Positions 58,666 to 64,000 of a stretch of DNA of 64,000 bases are shown here, one piece after another. The notes beneath the pieces are model-generated. The model did not search any database and was not told the DNA's origin. It saw only the letters and a list, made by a program, of their open reading frames with translations. Position 1 is the first letter of the stretch. Each line of letters starts with the position of its first letter. Both the position numbers and the translations under genes were made by a program. This stretch comes from Candidatus Poribacteria bacterium (GTDB lineage: Bacteria > Poribacteria > WGA-4E > WGA-3G), in NCBI GenBank assembly GCA_965200205.1, contig CBDAUI010000002.1, positions 1,449,472-1,513,471 of the forward strand. The letters run 5' to 3'.

Positions 58666-59628
58666 ATGTTTATCGCTACGAACAACGCTATCTATACCGT
58701 TGAAGATAACGGAAACGGCGAACCTACCCAAATCTATAACGGCACAGACCATCAAGGGCATGAGGCGATGGTTTCATTGTCAAACGGTCAAGCCGTGCTG
58801 TCTACCTTATCGGACGGCACACTACTATTTTTATCAGGAGATAACGAAAAACGGATTCCAACAGGTATAGAGGATCCGATCGCTTCGTTGCTCGTCGTGC
58901 GCGAAGAGCCGTTAACACTGCTCATCGGAACAGATGAAGGTGCTTACGTCTATCGCCTCGTTGGAGAAGAGGGACCGGCTGAACGCGTCATAGCGTTTGA
59001 CGAATTGGAGTGTCGAAAAGATTGGTATACACCGTGGGGCGGTCCACCCGCCGTCCGGACGCTTGCCAAAACCGGAGACGGTTTTTGTTACGCAGATATC
59101 CATGTCGGAAGTATCATGCGTTCCAAAGATGAAGGGATTTCGTGGGAACCCGTCACGCCAGATCTGAATAAAGATGTCCATCAGGTCGCGACGTGTCCTG
59201 TGGACGATCATCAGGTTTACGCAAGCACCGCCAACGGTGTTTATATTAGTCCGGATCGTGGAAATTCATGGGAACATCGGCTTGAAGGTTTACCACGTCG
59301 CTACGGCACCGGTATCGCTGTCCATCCAACAGACCCAGACCTTATGATCGCCACAGTCCAAAACGGTCCGAGAGGCGGTGGTGCTTGGCTCTGTCGTTCA
59401 GACAACAGTGGCGCGACATGGACAGAACTCAACGATCAACTCAAAGAATCCACCGAACGAATTCGGACAGGCTATATAGCGTTTACATCCGATGGAACGG
59501 CGTGGGCAGTTATCGGAAAGACGCTTTACATCGGAGAAGATCGAGCCACAGATTGGAACCCGTTCTGGACACCACCCGAACACGAGGCATCGTCAAACGA
59601 GTATCCGATCCAATCTCTCGCTGTTTAA
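58666..59628 (+). CDS. BNR/Asp-box repeat protein (beta-propeller, Ycf48/sialidase-like fold)
   Basis: SxDxGxTW-type boxes: SKDEGISWEPV, SPDRGNSWEH, SDNSGATWTEL. Confidence 0.55.
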   Translation: MFIATNNAIYTVEDNGNGEPTQIYNGTDHQGHEAMVSLSNGQAVLSTLSDGTLLFLSGDNEKRIPTGIEDPIASLLVVREEPLTLLIGTDEGAYVYRLVGEEGPAERVIAFDELECRKDWYTPWGGPPAVRTLAKTGDGFCYADIHVGSIMRSKDEGISWEPVTPDLNKDVHQVATCPVDDHQVYASTANGVYISPDRGNSWEHRLEGLPRRYGTGIAVHPTDPDLMIATVQNGPRGGGAWLCRSDNSGATWTELNDQLKESTERIRTGYIAFTSDGTAWAVIGKTLYIGEDRATDWNPFWTPPEHEASSNEYPIQSLAV

Positions 59629-59671
59629 CCTATTTAGGACTGACGCATTTCCGCTTAAAGTCCCCCTACCC

Positions 59672-59715
59672 CCCTGATAAGGGGGGATATGGGGGGTTGG
59701 GGGATTTAGGGGGTT
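59672..59715. other. G-quadruplex-forming motif (G6 N4 G6 N2 G5 N5 G5) overlapping a CCCCCC-tgataa-GGGGGG hairpin; likely terminator region
   Basis: ggggggatatggggggttgggggatttaggggg seen directly after BNR gene stop. Confidence 0.5.
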
Positions 59716-59788
59716 TAGAGAACGGGAATTCCAACTTTTTGCGTAAGTCTTGCTATTGTTTAGATTTGTAGTAAAAAGATAGTAAACT

Positions 59789-60154
59789 ATGAATGTATTA
59801 GGTATCGACTTTACTTTTTTTGCGGTGAGCGATATGCAAAAATCGCTCACCTTTTATCGTGACCTGCTCGGAATTCCACTGGCATGTTTGGTGCATGAAG
59901 GGACATGGGCAGAATTCGAGATAAATCCCGGCACATTGGTATTAGGACAGGGTTACGATTTCATACAACCCGGTGGTGGAACGGTCGCGCTCGCCGTTGA
60001 GGACGTGAGGGCTGCTTTGGAAGAATTAGAACAATTAGGCGTTCAGATCTATTCGCCGCTCGGTGAATCCGCCGTATGTTTCTGGGCAATCATCAAAGAC
60101 CCGGACAACAATTGCATCATTATACATCAACGAAAAGATAAGACAGTCGGCTAA
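59789..60154 (+). CDS. glyoxalase/bleomycin-resistance/VOC family protein
   Basis: 121 aa; N-terminal betaalpha-beta-beta-beta module with LTFYRDLLG motif. Confidence 0.65.
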   Translation: MNVLGIDFTFFAVSDMQKSLTFYRDLLGIPLACLVHEGTWAEFEINPGTLVLGQGYDFIQPGGGTVALAVEDVRAALEELEQLGVQIYSPLGESAVCFWAIIKDPDNNCIIIHQRKDKTVG

Positions 60155-60167
60155 AGGAGAACGCACA

Positions 60168-60641
60168 TTGGTTCAAAAGATTGAGGAACAAGACGGACAC
60201 ATGTTTCTCCATTTCGGTGATCCACCAGAGAATATAGGAAAAATTGAGTTCGTCAATTGCGTCGCGCATCAACAAAGCCAAATCCTCTTCTGCAAATGGC
60301 GCGATACCGACATCTGGGTGTTGCCCGGCGGACGCGTTGACCCCGGAGAAACGACTGAAGAGGCAGCACACCGTGAACTGCTGGAGGAAACAGGCGCGAC
60401 GCTGAAAAATCTCGAAATTCTGTGTTACGTACACTGCTTCATGTACAATCTCGACTACTGGGGGATCGCTTATTTCGGAGAAATCAAAACGTTAGGCAAC
60501 CCAACCGACCTGAACGAAGTCAGTGAAGCGGAATTGTTCTCGCACTTTCCAGAAAATCCTGGTAACCCCGGACCGTTTGAGAATGAGTACAAAGCATTAT
60601 ACGCCGCTGTAATGCGTAAGCTACCAGAAACAAAGGATTAA
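60168..60641 (+). CDS. NUDIX hydrolase
   Basis: Nudix box GGRVDPGETTEEAAHRELLEETG; probable TTG start after AAAGGAGA RBS. Confidence 0.75.
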   Translation: MVQKIEEQDGHMFLHFGDPPENIGKIEFVNCVAHQQSQILFCKWRDTDIWVLPGGRVDPGETTEEAAHRELLEETGATLKNLEILCYVHCFMYNLDYWGIAYFGEIKTLGNPTDLNEVSEAELFSHFPENPGNPGPFENEYKALYAAVMRKLPETKD

Positions 60642-60672
60642 GACATAACATTTGCAACAACAGAGGTGTTGA

Positions 60673-61791
60673 ATGAAAATCGACCGGTTCTCACAACCTG
60701 ATAATGCTTGGTGGATATCGCTCTCGACTGAAGATGAAGAAGATGTCAGTCGTCTTTTGCTCATTGAGTACCAGATGCGATTCGGGTCTACAAAACTCAA
60801 GATGGGGGGCATCGCCGGGGTTGGCACGAATGAGGAGCATCGTAACAAAGGGTATTCTCGGCGCGTTATGGAGGACTCCACAGCATTCATGACTGAGAAC
60901 GGATTCGATGTCGCGATGCTGTTTGGTATCCCGAACTTCTACCCTAAATTTGGCTACGCAACAGTGATACCGGAAACATGGATATATCTTGAAACGGAGG
61001 AGGCGCAAGCAGCTGTATCTACCTATCAAATCCGAAAATTTGAGAAGGACGACGCACCAAAGATATTGTCACTCTACGCAGTAAACAACGCCGAGCGAAC
61101 GGGTACACCTTTACGCGACGAAACCCGTTGGGAAAAATTCAAGATGGGAAGTACCTTTCAGGTTGCTGCTGATCCCTATGTTGTCATGGACGAAAGTGAT
61201 GCAGTAATCGGCTATTTCGTCTGTGACGATACGGAGGAAAACTGTATCCTCTGCGACATCGGATTTCAGGACAGAACGATTTTTGAGACAGTTGTCCGCT
61301 TTCTTGCGGATCGTGCCAAACACATTGGCGCAGCACAGATTCAGTGTCATATCCCCGCAGATCATCCATTCGCTATCTTCTGCCGACGCTATGGCTGCCG
61401 AACACATACCAATAACCCGAAGAACAGCGCGGGTATGATGCGGATTATCAACCAATCAAGCACCTTAAAAGGAATTAACAGTGAATTGGAAAAACGCCTA
61501 CAACGCTCCACCCATCTCTCACAGTGGAGTGGGAAGATTCTTATTTCGACGGATCTCGGAGAGGATTGCCTAAAAATTGATAGGGGCAGCGTTGCACACA
61601 CCAACAGCCGGGCGAATGCCTTCTATCTTGAAATACCACAAGACAAGCTAATCCAACTGATGATGGGGAGGCGAAGTATCGGAGATCTTGCCGTTGATCC
61701 CGATGTTTCCCTAACTGAAGGAATTATCCTTGTACTGGAAACCCTCTTTCCACTCGGTCATTCGCAAGTTTGGTGGCCCGACCGGTTTTAG
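60673..61791 (+). CDS. Eis-like GNAT acetyltransferase (GNAT + SCP2-like C-terminal domain)
   Basis: GVGTNEEHRNKGYSRRVMEDS acetyl-CoA motif; ~372 aa architecture typical of Eis family. Confidence 0.6.
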   Translation: MKIDRFSQPDNAWWISLSTEDEEDVSRLLLIEYQMRFGSTKLKMGGIAGVGTNEEHRNKGYSRRVMEDSTAFMTENGFDVAMLFGIPNFYPKFGYATVIPETWIYLETEEAQAAVSTYQIRKFEKDDAPKILSLYAVNNAERTGTPLRDETRWEKFKMGSTFQVAADPYVVMDESDAVIGYFVCDDTEENCILCDIGFQDRTIFETVVRFLADRAKHIGAAQIQCHIPADHPFAIFCRRYGCRTHTNNPKNSAGMMRIINQSSTLKGINSELEKRLQRSTHLSQWSGKILISTDLGEDCLKIDRGSVAHTNSRANAFYLEIPQDKLIQLMMGRRSIGDLAVDPDVSLTEGIILVLETLFPLGHSQVWWPDRF

Positions 61792-62009
61792 TGAAAGCGT
61801 GATTGCGCTATTTATACTCGTCTCAACGTTAATACCTTTTGGTGTGAGTTCATGCGGATTTTAAGAAATTTTGACATTTTTTGCAGATTTTTTTGACATT
61901 CACAAAAATTGTAGGTATAATTAAAAGATAATGAGATTCGTTATCATTTTTTAGAGACGAAATCTCTGGTCTAAACGTTCAGAATTTCACACTACCCGAA
62001 TAACCTAAA

Positions 62010-63269
62010 TTGATAATGAGTCTCAATATCAATTTTGTAAAACGTGTACCTATGAAGAAACAATTGGTTCTCCTCATCATCTGGGGAATGTCTATTTTAC
62101 TAATAAGTGTGAGTGCTATCGCTGAATCGAATCCGTTCTCGGTCTCTGGATACGGTGTAATTCACTACTCTCATTTTGATTGGGAGCTTGATCCTGACAG
62201 ACGCACCGCTATTGACGTAGAACGCTTCGTCATCGCACCGAAATATCGCATTAACGATACCATCCGACTTGAAGCAGAATTGGAGTTTGAGCACGGCGGT
62301 ACCGGTAGCACGATGGAATTCGACAAATTTGAAGAATTCGGTGAATTCGAGATGGAGGTGGAAAAAGGCGGCGAGGTGATTGTCGAAAAACTCGCGGCTG
62401 TCTTCTCGTTTCAACCCGCTTTTAACCTTCGCGTTGGACATATCATCGTTCCGGTAGGTCTCATTGCGAAACGACATCGACCCCAACACTACTTCACAAC
62501 AACCCGTCCGGAGGCAGAGACGCACCTCATTCCCACTATCTGGCACGAAACCGGTGTTGAACTGTTCGGTTCACTCGGTGCAATGAATTATCAAGCGCAG
62601 ATTGTTAACGGATTGGACTCAACAGGTTTCAGTTCGCGGCACTGGATTGTTCGCGGACACCAACTTCGCTTTGAAACCATCAACGCGGAAGCACCGGCAT
62701 TTGTTGGACGACTCGATTACGCGTTTCACGAGAATGCTACTGTCGGTATCTCTGGGTACTATGGAGACACCGCGGCAAACCGACCAAAACCTGATGTGGA
62801 TTTCGATGCTTATGTCGGCATTGTCAGCCTTCACGGATTTTACGAGATAAATGCCATAAAAGTCCGAGGATTGTTCCTGTGGGGAACGCTTGAAAACGCC
62901 GATCAACTCTCTAAAGTGAATCGAACCCTATCCAATAATCTCAATGTAAAGCGGACACCGATCGGCAGTTCAGCCTTAGGCTATTACATTGAAGCAGGCT
63001 ATGATGTCCTGTCATTTTTTAGAAAAGCAGAAACATCCTCACATATATTGGACGTATTTGCCCGTTACGATTATTACGATACAATGGCGAGTGTTGAAGG
63101 TATTATCTTTGATAATCCGCGGTGGGAAAGAAGCACATGGACCCTTGGGGTCAACTACCACGTTCATCCAACAATGGTTTTCAAGAGCCATTACTCCCTC
63201 CGACGATTGGCAACAAAAGATAAAAACAGGGAAAATACCTTTGCACTCGGTTTCGGTTTTCAATATTAA
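62010..63269 (+). CDS. outer-membrane beta-barrel protein (porin-like)
   Basis: signal peptide, alternating amphipathic strands, C-terminal ...FALGFGFQY aromatic terminus. Confidence 0.55.
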   Translation: MIMSLNINFVKRVPMKKQLVLLIIWGMSILLISVSAIAESNPFSVSGYGVIHYSHFDWELDPDRRTAIDVERFVIAPKYRINDTIRLEAELEFEHGGTGSTMEFDKFEEFGEFEMEVEKGGEVIVEKLAAVFSFQPAFNLRVGHIIVPVGLIAKRHRPQHYFTTTRPEAETHLIPTIWHETGVELFGSLGAMNYQAQIVNGLDSTGFSSRHWIVRGHQLRFETINAEAPAFVGRLDYAFHENATVGISGYYGDTAANRPKPDVDFDAYVGIVSLHGFYEINAIKVRGLFLWGTLENADQLSKVNRTLSNNLNVKRTPIGSSALGYYIEAGYDVLSFFRKAETSSHILDVFARYDYYDTMASVEGIIFDNPRWERSTWTLGVNYHVHPTMVFKSHYSLRRLATKDKNRENTFALGFGFQY

Positions 63270-63285
63270 TAACCAATAACTATGC

Positions 63286-64000
63286 CATGGAGATGTTTAT
63301 GAAACTCTATAAAGTTTGGACATTACTGTGTTGTCTACTCCTCACATCCGCCTTTGTCGTAGGATGTGGAAGTGATGAAGACGATGAACAAAACGACGCA
63401 CAGGTTGAAACCTTTGATGCAACTACGATGCTCAACGATTTTGCGAATACTGTCGTGTTAGCCACCTACATAGACCTTGATGACAAGGCAGGTGAACTGT
63501 TGACAGCTGTTAGAACGTTGGCGGCAGATACCTCACAAGCGAATCTCGAAAATGCGCAGCAGGCGTGGAAGGCAACGAGAAAACCTTGGGAACAGAGTGA
63601 AGCGTTTCTGTTCGGTCCCGTTGACACACAAGGACTCGATCCGGCGTTAGATAGCTGGCCCGTTGATCATATCAATCTACAATCTGTTTTGGACAGCAAT
63701 GATACATTAACAGTCGATTTCGTCAGTGGATTAGAAGATACACAGAAAGGCTTTCACACAATCGAATTTCTGCTGTTCCGTGATGGCGACCAACGCAAAG
63801 CATCGGATATAACCCAACGCGAATTGGAATATCTCGTTTCAACCACAGAAAATCTCAAGGCGAGTACGGCTCAACTACGGTTAGCATGGGCACCAGAAGG
63901 CGAAAATTTTAGTAACATCGTCGCGCAAGCAGGCGCGGGCAGTGCTGTCTATCCATCACAGAGCGCCGCAGTGCAGGAGATGATCAACGGTATGATTGTC
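63286..64000 (+). CDS. imelysin-like (peptidase M75 / iron-regulated protein A-like) lipoprotein, 3' truncated by window end
   Basis: lipobox LTSAFVVGCGS; AWKATRKPWEQSEAFLFGPVD and DSWPVD motifs reminiscent of imelysin family; open to window end. Confidence 0.45.

Overview
This is a 64-kb bacterial chromosomal segment of about 50-55% GC with compact gene spacing on both strands. No rRNA, tRNA, CRISPR array, integrase or transposase was found. Housekeeping genes (pyrD and pyrB) lie next to several unusual accessory systems. The domain repertoire resembles marine PVC-like or candidate-phylum bacteria, but that is inference only.

- **Lectin-domain paralog array (2676..9227, minus strand).** Four tandem paralogs encode secreted carboxypeptidase-regulatory-like plus C-type-lectin-like proteins. 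One of them (4084..6120) is fused in a single polypeptide to an ECF sigma factor and a transmembrane anti-sigma-like segment.
- **Sugar-acid catabolic cluster.** A D-galactonate-dehydratase-like enolase (9593..10696) is followed by two xylose-isomerase-like TIM-barrel genes.
- **AT-rich island (12443..15300).** It carries a GmrSD-like DUF262/DUF1524 restriction/defence nuclease and a translationally coupled small-protein plus retropepsin-like aspartic protease pair.
- **Giant exported-domain/MacB-FtsX permease fusion (24168..31493, 2441 aa).** An N-terminal exported region with Ca-binding-like DxDxDG repeats, a catalytically degenerate M28-peptidase-like domain and a roughly 1000-aa coiled coil is fused to a MacB/FtsX-type ABC permease. 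Downstream lie a polytopic membrane protein, a PqqD-like (RRE) protein, a MacB-type ABC ATPase and a SelA-like PLP enzyme; an XRE regulator is encoded divergently. The architecture resembles an EnvC-FtsEX mechanotransmission module collapsed into one operon and one polypeptide, and I rate this the most interesting candidate system in the window.
- **Other features.** A frameshifted four-helix-bundle (23S rRNA-IVS protein family) pseudogene is disrupted by a 29-bp tandem duplication and flanked by TTATAAG-type inverted repeats. A family of REP-like intergenic hairpins recurs at four sites. Two exported proteins carry unusual C-terminal domains: one has a CxxCH motif plus dockerin repeats, and one has two long Asp-Ala dipeptide tracts plus a T9SS-type C-terminal sorting domain. 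The remainder comprises ABC-2 and MacB transporters, Gfo/Idh/MocA oxidoreductases, an alpha-carbonic anhydrase, two PhyH dioxygenase paralogs, GNAT/Eis acetyltransferases and a partial imelysin-like lipoprotein.
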